A stretch of 64,000 bases of DNA from Bacillales bacterium UBA2753 (GCA_002353275.1 DEJH01000041.1:34201-98200); one strand, 5' to 3'; numbered from the stretch's first letter, positions 18,758 through 28,646 are shown. Notes: generated by a model not told the origin, from the letters alone. Translations and numbers: made by a program.

Positions 18758-19229
18758 ATATTTTTATACCTCCTTTCATTATTTCGTTAACTAAGTCGAT
18801 ATTGTTATTAAGTTCACTACTTCTAATGAGATCAACTTTTTTGTGGAGTGATTTTCTTAATTTCTCGATTAATCCAATAAACTCTAATCCTTGTAATTTG
18901 GAAGAAACATAGAGATCAACATCACTCTTTTCATTAGCGGTTCCTTTAGAATAACTTCCAAACAAATAACAAAAATCAATCTTATCTTTGTATTCATCAT
19001 CAAATAGAGATGTAACAATATCTTTAATATCTTTAATTGATAAAAGTCCTTTTTCTTCTGTTATCTCACATTTTTCCGCTAAAGCATCGATAAAAGCTTT
19101 TCTCTTAAAACTATCGCCATATTCATTATCACTTTCATATCTACGATAAGTTCTAACTGGAATATCAATCATTGTTGCAGCGTCGATTTGAGATAACCCA
19201 TATTTTTCTCTAATTTCTTTTAGTTCCAT
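18750..19229 (-). CDS. mntA: MntA-type minimal nucleotidyltransferase antitoxin with N-terminal XRE HTH
   Basis: LFGSYSKGTANEKSDVDLYV (GS...DxD NTase motif). N-terminal MELKEIREKYGLSQIDAATMIDIPVRTYRRYE HTH. Start chosen at MELKEI. Confidence 0.7.
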   Translation of the reverse strand: MELKEIREKYGLSQIDAATMIDIPVRTYRRYESDNEYGDSFKRKAFIDALAEKCEITEEKGLLSIKDIKDIVTSLFDDEYKDKIDFCYLFGSYSKGTANEKSDVDLYVSSKLQGLEFIGLIEKLRKSLHKKVDLIRSSELNNNIDLVNEIMKGGIKIYG

Positions 19230-19261
19230 AATTGTTTTCCCAATATCAATATACCATCGTT

Positions 19262-19326
19262 GTCCTCTTAATAAAAGAGAAAAGGGACAATTTGTCCTCA
19301 TTGTTTTAGTTTAAGAGGACAAATTG
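19262..19326. promoter_or_regulatory. nested inverted repeats with three GTCCTC/GAGGAC half-sites upstream of mntA
   Basis: GTCCTCTTAA (19262-71) pairs with TTAAGAGGAC (19311-20). CAATTTGTCCTC (19288-99) pairs with GAGGACAAATTG (19315-26). Either an operator for the HTH-MntA or a terminator for the upstream gene. Confidence 0.5.
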
Positions 19327-19336
19327 GACTATCACC

Positions 19337-20236
19337 TTAAATATGAATATCTCCATGTAAAATATTTTGAATATCTTCTTTAACAGAGTGAATATCACTA
19401 TTAGATAATAATGGGATAATCTTCTGTATTTGATTTGGCGTTTTGTTCCACCACTCAAGTTTTTCTAATAACTCAATCATTTCATCATCAAATCTTTTTC
19501 TGATTACTTTAGCAGGATTACCGACCACTACTGAATATGGAGGAATATCGCTCGCCACTACCGCGTTAGCGCCAATAATGCATCCATCCCCAACTTGTAC
19601 CCCTGGTAAAAATGTCACATTTTGACCAATCCATACATCATTACCAATAACAGTATCGCCTTTATAAGGCAAATCTTCTTTTTTGGTTGCTTCTTGTTTC
19701 CAACCATTAAAGATATAAAAAGGATAAGTAGAGACTGAATTCATTTGGTGATTCGCTCCATTCATAATAAATTCAACACCTCTACCAATTTGGCAGAACT
19801 TGCCAATGATTAACTTATCTCCAATAAAATCATAATGATGAGTAACATGCCTTTGGAAATTCTGACCATCAAAATATGTATATTCACCAACTTGGATGTT
19901 TGGAACACCCATAAGAGTTGGTTTTACGTATACAACACTTTCATCTTTTGATTTAAGTGGATGTATCCTTCTCCAATCTGGTTTATCAGCTTTTTCAGCT
20001 CTAAACATTAAATCATCAGTTTCTCGATCAGATAAATCTAAGAACTCATTTGCATTAACATCAAATTCAAGAATTAACTTAATGACTTTGTCAAAAGACA
20101 TATCAGTTAATCCTGTTTCAAGCTTATTAATCATTGATTTATGAGTGTACCCTAAAGCCTCCGCAAATTGTTGCTGAGACATGTTGTTTTCTAAACGAAT
20201 CTTTTTGATTCTATCTCCTAATACTTTGTACGCCAT
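19337..20236 (-). CDS. XRE-HTH fused to a Vat/CatB-type hexapeptide-repeat xenobiotic (streptogramin A-type) acetyltransferase
   Basis: N-terminal HTH MSQQQFAEALGYTHKSMINKLE. Hexapeptide left-handed beta-helix region VIGNDVWIGQNVTFLPGVQVGDGCIIGANAVVASDIPPYSVVVGNPAKVIRKRF. Start chosen at MAYKVLG. Confidence 0.7.
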   Translation of the reverse strand: MAYKVLGDRIKKIRLENNMSQQQFAEALGYTHKSMINKLETGLTDMSFDKVIKLILEFDVNANEFLDLSDRETDDLMFRAEKADKPDWRRIHPLKSKDESVVYVKPTLMGVPNIQVGEYTYFDGQNFQRHVTHHYDFIGDKLIIGKFCQIGRGVEFIMNGANHQMNSVSTYPFYIFNGWKQEATKKEDLPYKGDTVIGNDVWIGQNVTFLPGVQVGDGCIIGANAVVASDIPPYSVVVGNPAKVIRKRFDDEMIELLEKLEWWNKTPNQIQKIIPLLSNSDIHSVKEDIQNILHGDIHI

Positions 20237-20254
20237 ATTGTTCCTTTCTAACCT

Positions 20255-20319
20255 GGTCGAATTCGACCACTTTAAACGCATCAAATTCGACGCGTTTAAT
20301 CTAATTTGCTCGAATTCGA
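20255..20319. promoter_or_regulatory. palindromic operator cluster upstream of the HTH-Vat gene
   Basis: Perfect 14-bp palindrome GGTCGAATTCGACC, inverted repeat TAAACGC-N12-GCGTTTA, third TCGAATTCGA element. Confidence 0.45.
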
Positions 20320-20635
20320 TCAAATTAACCGTATTTTTCTATAAGCGGCTTAAATCTTTGTAATTTGACACGATATCCAACAGAAATAATAATATCCAAA
20401 CTATAAAATTTATGTGTCCTAACAATTGTTCTTTTACCTTCCAATTGAACTTGTGCATTTTTTGCACATGTTGATTGTTCATTATAGACACTATTATCAC
20501 TTTCATTCTACTTTAAATTTAATTAATATTCTACGAATTAATGAAGTATTTTGGATATATAAAAAAGACTTAATGATCACATCTTATGATCTTTAGGTCT
20601 TTATTATTTTATATGTGCATTTTTTGCACACATGC

Positions 20636-21007
20636 TTATTTTGTCGCGTATAGCCCGTGTAAATTACAGTGTTCCACAACACGGATTACTTTCTCTCCTT
20701 CAAGAAGAGCGAACTTCACTACTGGTTCTTCTCCTGGTTTTAATACTTTTCTTTGATTACCAAAGTTAGTTTCAATAGCGATCCATTCAATATAATGATT
20801 CTCCATCATTGGATGCTTCACTTCTCCAACAGTAACAGTAACAACATTATCTTTTACTTCATATACTGGAACATGTTTCTCTACCGCTCCATCAGAAGTA
20901 TTAGGAATCATTTCACTCATTGGTTCACCACAACAAATAGTAGGTACGTTTCTTTCATTAACAATCGCGATAATCTTCCCACAGTGTCTACATTTAAAAA
21001 ATTTCAT
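20636..21007 (-). CDS. dfx: desulfoferrodoxin (2Fe superoxide reductase)
   Basis: N-terminal desulforedoxin-like CRHCG...CCG centre plus C-terminal SOR centre (H..H..C.H: KHVPVYEV ... EHCNLHGLY). 123 aa. Confidence 0.85.
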   Translation of the reverse strand: MKFFKCRHCGKIIAIVNERNVPTICCGEPMSEMIPNTSDGAVEKHVPVYEVKDNVVTVTVGEVKHPMMENHYIEWIAIETNFGNQRKVLKPGEEPVVKFALLEGEKVIRVVEHCNLHGLYATK

Positions 21008-21099
21008 AGTCGCCTCCTTATATATCCTTATATTCTTATATTAATATATGTATCCCTTATTAGAAAACACTTAAATATGAAATAAGTGTCCTCTAATAA

Positions 21100-21130
21100 A
21101 GGGAGCTACCCTTCAATATAGGTAGCTCAC
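21100..21130 (-). terminator. hairpin downstream of the 21147 surface-protein gene
   Basis: GAGCTACC-cttcaatata-GGTAGCTC 8-bp stem. Flanking T/A runs are weak. Confidence 0.4.
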
Positions 21131-21146
21131 CAATTATTGTGTTTTA

Positions 21147-24100
21147 TTAGTCTTCTTTCTTTTTACGGAGTAAGAAGTAACCACCGATTGCAATCGCTGC
21201 AATACCAACAGTGACAATCACGATGATTGAGGTGTTAGTGGTTTGAGTAGAAATGACATTGAGCATGATACGACCATTACCAACAGGTGATGGACTTCTG
21301 TTCATAAAGTCACTTGAAATAAGCACTGGATCCACTCCACCAACAAAGTATTTGCCAACGATATAATCGTATCTGGCAACACATTCAGTAATTGTTGCAG
21401 ATACTCCTTCAGCGTTCTTTGCAAATTTCGCTTGATCTGTAGTACTTAATTTGTCATATTCGGCTTTAAGTAACGCCCAAGTCCAACGAGTATCGCCCTC
21501 TTTGAAGTTGAATGTTGGTTTGCTTGTTCCTGCTTGAGTACATGAAATAGCACCAAGGAATGTTGAAGCAAAGCTTGTGGCCTCATCTCCAACATATAAC
21601 ACAGCAATTGATTTAACACCATACTTTGAACTATCTTGTGTACCACTAATTGTAATTGTGATTGCACCAGAAGCGTTACCACTAAAATTATATGTCGTAA
21701 CAGCGCCAACTAAAGATGTTGATTTCGAACAGGTAAAGCTACTAGATCCCACTTGTACAGAAATATCAGAGCCTTCAGTATTTGACATAGCTTCAACAAC
21801 GACATTTTTAATAATTCTTTCTTCATCGGCTGGTGTAGTTAATGTTAATGAACTAACTTTGTCATTGTTTGAACCGTAGTTGATACCAAATACTTCGCTA
21901 AATGCGTTTTCTGAAGCATTAGCCTCTATTGTCCATTCAACACCATCAGCAGCTGTTGCTGATCCGTTACATTTTTCTGTAAATTCCATAATAGAGGCTT
22001 CTTTTGAGTGATCTCCAACAGTAACTGTAAATGTTGTTGCAAGATAAATATGTCCTGCATCTTCTTTTTTTGTAACTGAAATTGTTACTCTTCCATAACC
22101 AGTAGGCTGAACTCTATTATCGTTAGTAATTGAGGCGATGTATGAGTCTTCACTAGTTAATGAATATCCAGTTACAGCAGATGTACCATCAGTGATCGTT
22201 GGAGTTGCAACACCATCAGCGACATCTAGATTCATATTTGAAGCAGCTAGTTGAACTTTTGGTTTATCGGAAACCTCAAAAGTAACAGTAATGTTTTGTA
22301 CTTTGTCTGTTCCAGATGAGCTAACAATCGAGAAATATTTGCCTCCTACAGTTGTTGATTCTGTTGGATGTTCACTATTTCCGTAATAATTTGTGAAACT
22401 TCCTTGCAAAACGGTGTCATTGTATGAAATACCTGTAATTGTTCCAGGTATTTCAGTGGTGTTATACAAATAACCAACTGGACTTCCTTTAAATTGCATA
22501 GAAAGTGTACCGCTTGTATTGTTTTTTATAACATTACTTGTTCTCCAACTAATATCAATTGAATCATGGTTGGTACAAGTGGCTTTTGAAGTCTTTATCG
22601 CGTTATCTTCGTCACCATATGAACTCTTGGTCAAATCAGAATAAGACATTGTAAAAGTATATACTAATTTTGGAGCCTCAACTTCACCACTAACAGAATT
22701 ATTTGTTAATGGGGTGGCACTTCCTGGGATAGTAGATTTCTTTGTCGCTGTAACAGAAACAGTACAAGATCCGGCAGTAGAAGGAATTGTTGTACTTGAT
22801 GATAAATCAACATACGCCTTAACATTTTGTCCAGTTGATCCAGACAAAGTTCCTGTAACGGTTAAATTACTATAATCCCAATCTGTAGAACCGGCATCAG
22901 AAATCGATGCAGTAACGGTTCCACCAATAGCTGTAATAGCATCTAATGATTTAGACCATTCAGCATAAAGAGTAACATCGCTAGAAATTGTGAACGTTGC
23001 TGAACCACTCGCAGCGTAATGAGTTCCTTCACCATCGTTTTGAGTGTTCCAACCAGTAAATGTATAGTCAGTTTTGACTAACGATCCTGTGTTTGCTTTT
23101 ACAGTAACTGTTTCGCCACTAGAATATGCTGTGTCATCTGTAGGAACGTCACCTCCAGTAGCTCCGTTTGCGTTATAAGTGACCGTACAAGTGGTAGCGG
23201 TTGTTTTATAATTTACAGTTAGTTTCTGCAAATAATATCTTTTAGTCGATGTGACAGTAAAAGAAGTTTGCTCTGTAGAACTAAACGTTACGTCGTGTTT
23301 AGTGAAACTGGAATCGCTACTGGTAGAAAAACTACCTTGAGATTCGCTGTTAGCCGTTACTGTAACAGTTACATTATCAGTACCATATATTTTTGTTGTT
23401 AAGCTAACACTTTCAATTTCAACATCCTTGTTACTAATTTGTGTAGGAATAGATACAGTAAATGTTCCTCCTCCACCACTAGCTCCCAATTTAAGCGTTT
23501 TATTATCTTGTGGATAGACTCTATTCATGTCGCTAAAAGTCAAATTGCTGTCAATTGTGTAATGATAGTCTTCTTTCAGAGCGGTATCACTAGTAATCGC
23601 TGAGCTGCTACCACTATCTCCACCTGACGTTGTTCCAAAAACCGCATCTAAAGAGGATGGCTCCGCAGCGCCACATCTCGTGCAAATACCATTTACATAG
23701 TTATGCCCTAACGCAGATGATTCGTCTTCGTGTTTATGCTCGTGACATGTAGAACATTCGTAATCGGTATATCCGCCTTCTGTACATGTTGCTTCATGGA
23801 TTGTTCCTGAACCCCATGAGTGCCCTAATGCAGGAATTGCTTCAACAAGTTCATATCCGCATTTAGAACATGTTTTTTTATGTGACCCAGCTTCTGTACA
23901 TGTTGCTGCTTGAGTTACTACCCAATCTCCATATGTATGTTCACATGCAGCGGATACTTTCCAAACATAATAATTAGGGTAACTTGACAAGTTAGATGTT
24001 GAATAGAATTTAATGTTGTTCCCATTCTTACCCAGAAATCTGTTGCTTGAATTGTATAAAACGCCAGTAGTGCTGCCAGTTCCTTTACCAACATGTAAGT

Positions 24101-24470
24101 TAGAACCGCTTGCTCCATGACCAAAAGTAGCACCATTATTACCTGTAGCAGTAACATAAACATCCCCGTTTTTTAAAGTAAACGTGTCTGTAGATTTTGT
24201 TACACTATAAACAATCCACTCGGATTCAGTCGTAGATGTAGCAACACTTGAAGTACTACTAATTCCAGATGATGGGCTGTTATTCGCCATTTGTGCAAGA
24301 ACAACATTATCACCAGTTGACAAGTCACTAATAGAGCTTACTTTCGTGTAAGTGTTTGTTAAAGCATATGATGCTTTCACATCACTATTACTTCCAATAG
24401 CGACACCCACTCCAATTGCCATAGCGATACCGACGAAAGCCGTGGCAATCTTTGTAAATAATTTGTTCAT
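21147..24470 (-). CDS. large surface protein with Cys-rich IPALGH modules, a Listeria-Bacteroides repeat and a C-terminal TM anchor, about 1108 aa
   Basis: N-terminal signal/anchor MNKLFTKIATAFVGIAMAIGVGVAIG. TCTEAGSHKKTCSKCGYELVEAIPALGH and CTEGGYTDYECSTCHEH...SSALGH modules. TYNANGATGGDVP...YTFTGWNT repeat. C-terminal IVIVTVGIAAIAIGGYFLLRKKKED. Start may be 18 nt further upstream (MERREIM). Confidence 0.8.
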   Translation of the reverse strand: MNKLFTKIATAFVGIAMAIGVGVAIGSNSDVKASYALTNTYTKVSSISDLSTGDNVVLAQMANNSPSSGISSTSSVATSTTESEWIVYSVTKSTDTFTLKNGDVYVTATGNNGATFGHGASGSNLHVGKGTGSTTGVLYNSSNRFLGKNGNNIKFYSTSNLSSYPNYYVWKVSAACEHTYGDWVVTQAATCTEAGSHKKTCSKCGYELVEAIPALGHSWGSGTIHEATCTEGGYTDYECSTCHEHKHEDESSALGHNYVNGICTRCGAAEPSSLDAVFGTTSGGDSGSSSAITSDTALKEDYHYTIDSNLTFSDMNRVYPQDNKTLKLGASGGGGTFTVSIPTQISNKDVEIESVSLTTKIYGTDNVTVTVTANSESQGSFSTSSDSSFTKHDVTFSSTEQTSFTVTSTKRYYLQKLTVNYKTTATTCTVTYNANGATGGDVPTDDTAYSSGETVTVKANTGSLVKTDYTFTGWNTQNDGEGTHYAASGSATFTISSDVTLYAEWSKSLDAITAIGGTVTASISDAGSTDWDYSNLTVTGTLSGSTGQNVKAYVDLSSSTTIPSTAGSCTVSVTATKKSTIPGSATPLTNNSVSGEVEAPKLVYTFTMSYSDLTKSSYGDEDNAIKTSKATCTNHDSIDISWRTSNVIKNNTSGTLSMQFKGSPVGYLYNTTEIPGTITGISYNDTVLQGSFTNYYGNSEHPTESTTVGGKYFSIVSSSGTDKVQNITVTFEVSDKPKVQLAASNMNLDVADGVATPTITDGTSAVTGYSLTSEDSYIASITNDNRVQPTGYGRVTISVTKKEDAGHIYLATTFTVTVGDHSKEASIMEFTEKCNGSATAADGVEWTIEANASENAFSEVFGINYGSNNDKVSSLTLTTPADEERIIKNVVVEAMSNTEGSDISVQVGSSSFTCSKSTSLVGAVTTYNFSGNASGAITITISGTQDSSKYGVKSIAVLYVGDEATSFASTFLGAISCTQAGTSKPTFNFKEGDTRWTWALLKAEYDKLSTTDQAKFAKNAEGVSATITECVARYDYIVGKYFVGGVDPVLISSDFMNRSPSPVGNGRIMLNVISTQTTNTSIIVIVTVGIAAIAIGGYFLLRKKKED

Positions 24471-24705
24471 AATCTCTCTCCTTTCCATTTTCCTCCTAGT
24501 CATTACTAGTGAGGTTATAAACAAAATATTCGATTGATTTACTCTGTTAGTTAGAGCAAGCGATCAATCAACATGAGAGATTATGAATAACATATTTTGG
24601 CCATTAACATGTTTACACATCTCAACAAACACATTGAACGATCCTTTTACACGTCACTAACGCATAAATAATCAATAATATATTAATACATACGCGAGCA
24701 TATAT

Positions 24706-24775
24706 GCACTTAGGGGGTGCATACACGTAAGCAAAGTAATGATGAAATGTAATTTTATTTATGCACCCCCTAAGA
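24706..24775. repeat. GC-rich 15-17 bp inverted repeat CACTTAGGGGGTGCATA ... TATGCACCCCCTAAG with 38-nt spacer
   Basis: G5/C5 tracts stand out in 30% GC DNA. Lies in the divergent region between the surface-protein gene and the NUMOD-type gene. Confidence 0.5.
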
Positions 24776-24791
24776 TAGGGTTATAATATAT

Positions 24792-25208
24792 GTGAATATG
24801 AGTAAAATAAGACTCCATTATCGGAAATCTTTAATATATCAATATTCTCTTTCTGGAGAATTTATTAATAGCTACCCTAACTGTGTTATCGCTGGAAAAG
24901 AAAATTATTTATATCCTCGAGTAATTGAAAAATGTACCAGAGGAGAGCTTTTAAGCGCGGGTAATTTTATTTGGAGAAGAGTCTTACCTAATACCAGTAA
25001 AACTAAAATCAAAGTAGAGATAAAAGAAAATAAGAGAAGTTATTCTCCAATTAAAGTAAATCAATATGATTTAGATGGTCACTTCATTAAGTCGTATTCT
25101 TCGATTAATGAAGCGAGCAAAAATAATCATATTGATAATAAAAGTATTAGAGAAGTGATTAAGGGAAGACAAAGAAAAGCTGGTAACTTCATCTGGAAAA
25201 AAGGGTGA
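24792..25208 (+). CDS. NUMOD-type (homing-endonuclease-associated) DNA-binding repeat protein without a nuclease domain, 138 aa
   Basis: Two repeats of I.QY.L.G.FI.SY.S..EA.K......I...IKGRQRKAGNFIW(K/R), typical of NUMOD modules in phage and HNH/GIY-YIG endonucleases. Confidence 0.5.
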   Translation: MNMSKIRLHYRKSLIYQYSLSGEFINSYPNCVIAGKENYLYPRVIEKCTRGELLSAGNFIWRRVLPNTSKTKIKVEIKENKRSYSPIKVNQYDLDGHFIKSYSSINEASKNNHIDNKSIREVIKGRQRKAGNFIWKKG

Positions 25209-26223
25209 TAACCTTTTCTTTTGCTCTCATCCATAGGAATTTATAAATCACATCGGTGATTTCTTTTTTTATTCCCTTGTTTAATAAATAAACATTTTCT
25301 TGAGTAACCACTAAAGTGGAATGACTATTAATCTTTTTAAAGAGTTCAAATACTTCTTCTTGTCCAAAATATCCGATTGGGAAGATAACAAGATCAGTGT
25401 TTTTATCCACTAGCTTATTAATAAGATTAATATTGACATCTCTTAAATCAACGCATATCGATAATAAAGACTGATTATTTTTCTTAGAGATGAAACAGTT
25501 TTCTTTCTCACTATATAGATAATCAGATTCATTAATCTCTCTTATATAATAAGAAAGATAATATAATCCTAAACATTGTCTTAACATTTTATTTGATTCA
25601 TCAAATAAATAAATATATGAATCAGGAAAAACTAATAAGGAGGAGAATATGTTCTCCTTAACATTAAATAATAATGAAAGTCGATGAATAGTGTCGAGTG
25701 AGGCTCCATTAAGAAAGGAATCACTACGGTAGTATTTACTAAGTGAGTGAGAATTAATTCCTAAAAGAAGAGCGACATCAGTGAGCTTAAACCCTTTCTT
25801 CTTGCATAGCTTCTTTAATAAAGCGGTCTCATTCACTTTTTTAACAAAGTCATTTTTCAGATTTGAGAAATCCATTTCATGGTAGATATCATATTTCTTA
25901 ATAAAGTTAGACAAAGGCCAATAAAGAAAGAGATATTCAAAACTACGATTAATCGATAAGAACAATTTGTAATATGATTCTCCTAAAAATAGAGAAAAGA
26001 AAGAAATATCCGCGTCATGAATTAGTTTGATTCTATATGTTTCTTCCACCACTCTTTCAATAGAAAGATTGATGTTATATTGATTATGTTCTAATTCGTT
26101 AATAAAAGAGGAAGAAACAATATGTTCTTCAATTGATTTATATGAATAACCGTTATCAAGTCCATAAGAGATTAAAGCGGCTAATTTATCAATGATATCT
26201 TTCTCGTAATATACTTTAATCAT
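25189..26223 (-). CDS. hypothetical protein, downstream partner of the DUF3990 gene, 344 aa
   Basis: Start overlaps the DUF3990 stop by 4 nt (ATGA). Central HTH-like segment KKGFKLTDVALLLGINSHSLSKYYRS. Confidence 0.55.
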   Translation of the reverse strand: MIKVYYEKDIIDKLAALISYGLDNGYSYKSIEEHIVSSSFINELEHNQYNINLSIERVVEETYRIKLIHDADISFFSLFLGESYYKLFLSINRSFEYLFLYWPLSNFIKKYDIYHEMDFSNLKNDFVKKVNETALLKKLCKKKGFKLTDVALLLGINSHSLSKYYRSDSFLNGASLDTIHRLSLLFNVKENIFSSLLVFPDSYIYLFDESNKMLRQCLGLYYLSYYIREINESDYLYSEKENCFISKKNNQSLLSICVDLRDVNINLINKLVDKNTDLVIFPIGYFGQEEVFELFKKINSHSTLVVTQENVYLLNKGIKKEITDVIYKFLWMRAKEKVITLFSR

Positions 26224-26882
26224 TTTTCTAGTCTCATTAAGTCTCTTACTCTTTTACCTAGAGAACTTCTTTCTAGTCTTTCAAGTTCACGATATGAATT
26301 ATCCGCTCCATCTTTATGTCGGTGATATCTTTCAAAATAAATTTCTTCTGATTCTTTCGCTTCAACAAAAGAGATGGAATTAAATGCCTTCTCACTAATT
26401 AAGACATATTGTTTTCCAAGATTTCCTAACATATATATCTCTTCTAATTTTTCATATGTTAAAACGTTCCTAATAAACATTAATGGGAATCTGAAATACG
26501 CATCATCCGCGCGATAGCCAATCACCACATCATAAAGAGAAACATCAATATAATATTTCTCTAAATACGCTAGGATATCAGAATATTCAATTCTATCAAA
26601 AGATGGAATCTCTCTAAAATGGATTAATATCGCTATCCAATTAAGAACACTATATTTATTCTTATCTGTTAGATCTAATATCTTTAATCCTCTCTCATCG
26701 ATTAAATATTTATTCGCATATCCTTTGTCCGTATTTCTATTTGCCCATTCTTTTGCCATATCAAGATTTTGGGTACAGTAAAAACCAAGTCCATAATCAT
26801 TATTAGGGTTACTTCTTTCATAATGATATATTGGATGTTCAATTACTATTTCACTCCCGTGATAAATTGTTCTTTTACTCAT
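26220..26882 (-). CDS. DUF3990 family protein, 220 aa
   Basis: N-terminus RTIYHGSEIVIEHP...NDYGLGFYCTQNLDMAKEWA matches the DUF3990 signature. Confidence 0.7.
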   Translation of the reverse strand: MSKRTIYHGSEIVIEHPIYHYERSNPNNDYGLGFYCTQNLDMAKEWANRNTDKGYANKYLIDERGLKILDLTDKNKYSVLNWIAILIHFREIPSFDRIEYSDILAYLEKYYIDVSLYDVVIGYRADDAYFRFPLMFIRNVLTYEKLEEIYMLGNLGKQYVLISEKAFNSISFVEAKESEEIYFERYHRHKDGADNSYRELERLERSSLGKRVRDLMRLEK

Positions 26883-27031
26883 GGTGATATTATAGCAATT
26901 TTGTCCGCATTTTCAATAAAAAGCAGTATTTTTTTACTTGTTTTTATGTATTTCACGGACAAAATATCGTATTAAGTTCTTATATTAAAAATCTACAATT
27001 ATATTAAAAAGAATAATATAATATTATTACT

Positions 27032-27982
27032 ATGAATATCATATTCTTTGATTCAACTGAGAAATCTTCTTTATATAGAGATTCTTTTAATGTTATTAAT
27101 AAGAATGTCTCTCCTTTTAAAGAGATGATTAAAAAAGAAGATATTTCTTCTTATTCAATTTCGATTAATGACGAAGAAAAAATCTCTTTAAAAGATACAT
27201 TCTTATTTTTAATCAACATCAAAGAAAGTGGATCGCTATATGTCTTATTTAATAAAAATGATTTTAATAAAGAAGAGATCATTAAGAAGATTACCGAATT
27301 AAAAGATATCAAAATTAATAATAATGTTATTTCTATTGATAAACATAATAGACTATTTGATATCTTAGAAACCTATCACCCTTTGATATATCTATATATT
27401 GAGAAACATGATTATTATCTGAATAAAGACGAATTAAAAGAAATATATAAAGGTAATTCTCCTTTCTTTATTATTGAAAAAGAAATAGAAGTAGAAGAAC
27501 CAATTATTGTCACTAACAAAGAAGACGGGAAGAAAGAAAAAAAGAAATTTTCTTTTAAGAACTTCATTCTTCCGATTAAGAAATATAAATATCATTTCCT
27601 TTTCTTAACTGTTTCTTCTTTTCTTGTTGGCTTTGCTTTCTCTCTTGGATTATTTAACTCCATATTAAATAAAGGAATATCAGTCTTATTTTATATCTGT
27701 GTTCTCGTTGGAGCGTTTTTACAAACATTCATCTATTACGATTATTTCAAAGAGAAGAAGATTAAAGATAAATTATTCATCTATTCATTATCTTTCTCCG
27801 TTTTAGGTGGTCTATTCTCTATGGGTGCGTATTCTTTATATCACTCTATCGATAAGACTGAAGGAAAAGAAAATGTCTCCTTTATCTTATTATTAATGTT
27901 ATCTTTAGTCGTTTCTCTTATCTTTGTTGTTATAAGTGTATTAATTGGATATCTCATTAATAATAAGAAAAAGAAGAAATAG
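27032..27982 (+). CDS. hypothetical membrane protein (soluble N-domain, about 4 C-terminal TM helices, poly-Lys tail)
   Basis: ORF with TM-rich C-terminal third. No motif recognised. Confidence 0.55.
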   Translation: MNIIFFDSTEKSSLYRDSFNVINKNVSPFKEMIKKEDISSYSISINDEEKISLKDTFLFLINIKESGSLYVLFNKNDFNKEEIIKKITELKDIKINNNVISIDKHNRLFDILETYHPLIYLYIEKHDYYLNKDELKEIYKGNSPFFIIEKEIEVEEPIIVTNKEDGKKEKKKFSFKNFILPIKKYKYHFLFLTVSSFLVGFAFSLGLFNSILNKGISVLFYICVLVGAFLQTFIYYDYFKEKKIKDKLFIYSLSFSVLGGLFSMGAYSLYHSIDKTEGKENVSFILLLMLSLVVSLIFVVISVLIGYLINNKKKKK

Positions 27983-28049
27983 CCTATACGTTTTTAACAT
28001 TTACCCTTACTTTATTAATATAATAAGTGTATCCTATATCTACTGAGAT

Positions 28050-28646
28050 ATGAGAAATAGCCAAAAAGTATATTTAATATTCAAAAGATTAATAGGCATA
28101 TTTGGTTCCATTATTGGAATTATTTTTTGTTTCTTCTTCTTCTGGTGGTGGATATATCTTATTAATATTGTAATCACTAAAGGACATCCAACTTTTGTCC
28201 ATGAAAGAGTAGGAAGAAATGGAAAGCCATTTAAGATCGTTAAATTCAGAACGATGAGAAATGATGTTGACCCTAATCTCACAAGTTATGAAATTGATAA
28301 AAGTGAAGCAGTCACTAAATTCGGTCATTTCTTAAGAAAGACATCATTAGATGAAACTATCCAACTCGTTAATATCTTTGTAGGTCATATGGCGTTCATC
28401 GGCCCTCGTCCATTAATCGATAAAGATGAAGATCATATTACAATTGAGTTAAGAAAAGAAAACGGTTCAATTAAATTAAGACCAGGAATAAGTGGTCTTG
28501 CTCAAATTAATGGAAGAACAGGTGTCTCTCCAATTGAGAAAGCTAAATATGATGAATATTATTACAAACATTTCTCATTATGGTTTGATATCAAATTATT
28601 CTTCGCGACAATATTCAAAGTTCAAGTCAGTCAAAAAGGAAGCTAA
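28050..28646 (+). CDS. small monotopic phosphoglycosyltransferase (bacterial sugar transferase, PglC/WbaP C-domain type)
   Basis: One N-terminal TM, then ERVGRNGKPFKIVKFRTM ... GPRPL ... ISGLAQINGRTG. Characteristic Bac_transf motifs. Confidence 0.85.
   Translation: MRNSQKVYLIFKRLIGIFGSIIGIIFCFFFFWWWIYLINIVITKGHPTFVHERVGRNGKPFKIVKFRTMRNDVDPNLTSYEIDKSEAVTKFGHFLRKTSLDETIQLVNIFVGHMAFIGPRPLIDKDEDHITIELRKENGSIKLRPGISGLAQINGRTGVSPIEKAKYDEYYYKHFSLWFDIKLFFATIFKVQVSQKGS

Noticed and set aside
19443-20363. Three 60-82 aa plus-strand ORFs
   Set aside because: Antisense to the HTH-Vat gene or lying in its palindromic operator region.
28040-28328. Two about 80-aa minus-strand ORFs
   Set aside because: Antisense to the motif-rich sugar transferase gene at 28050-28646.
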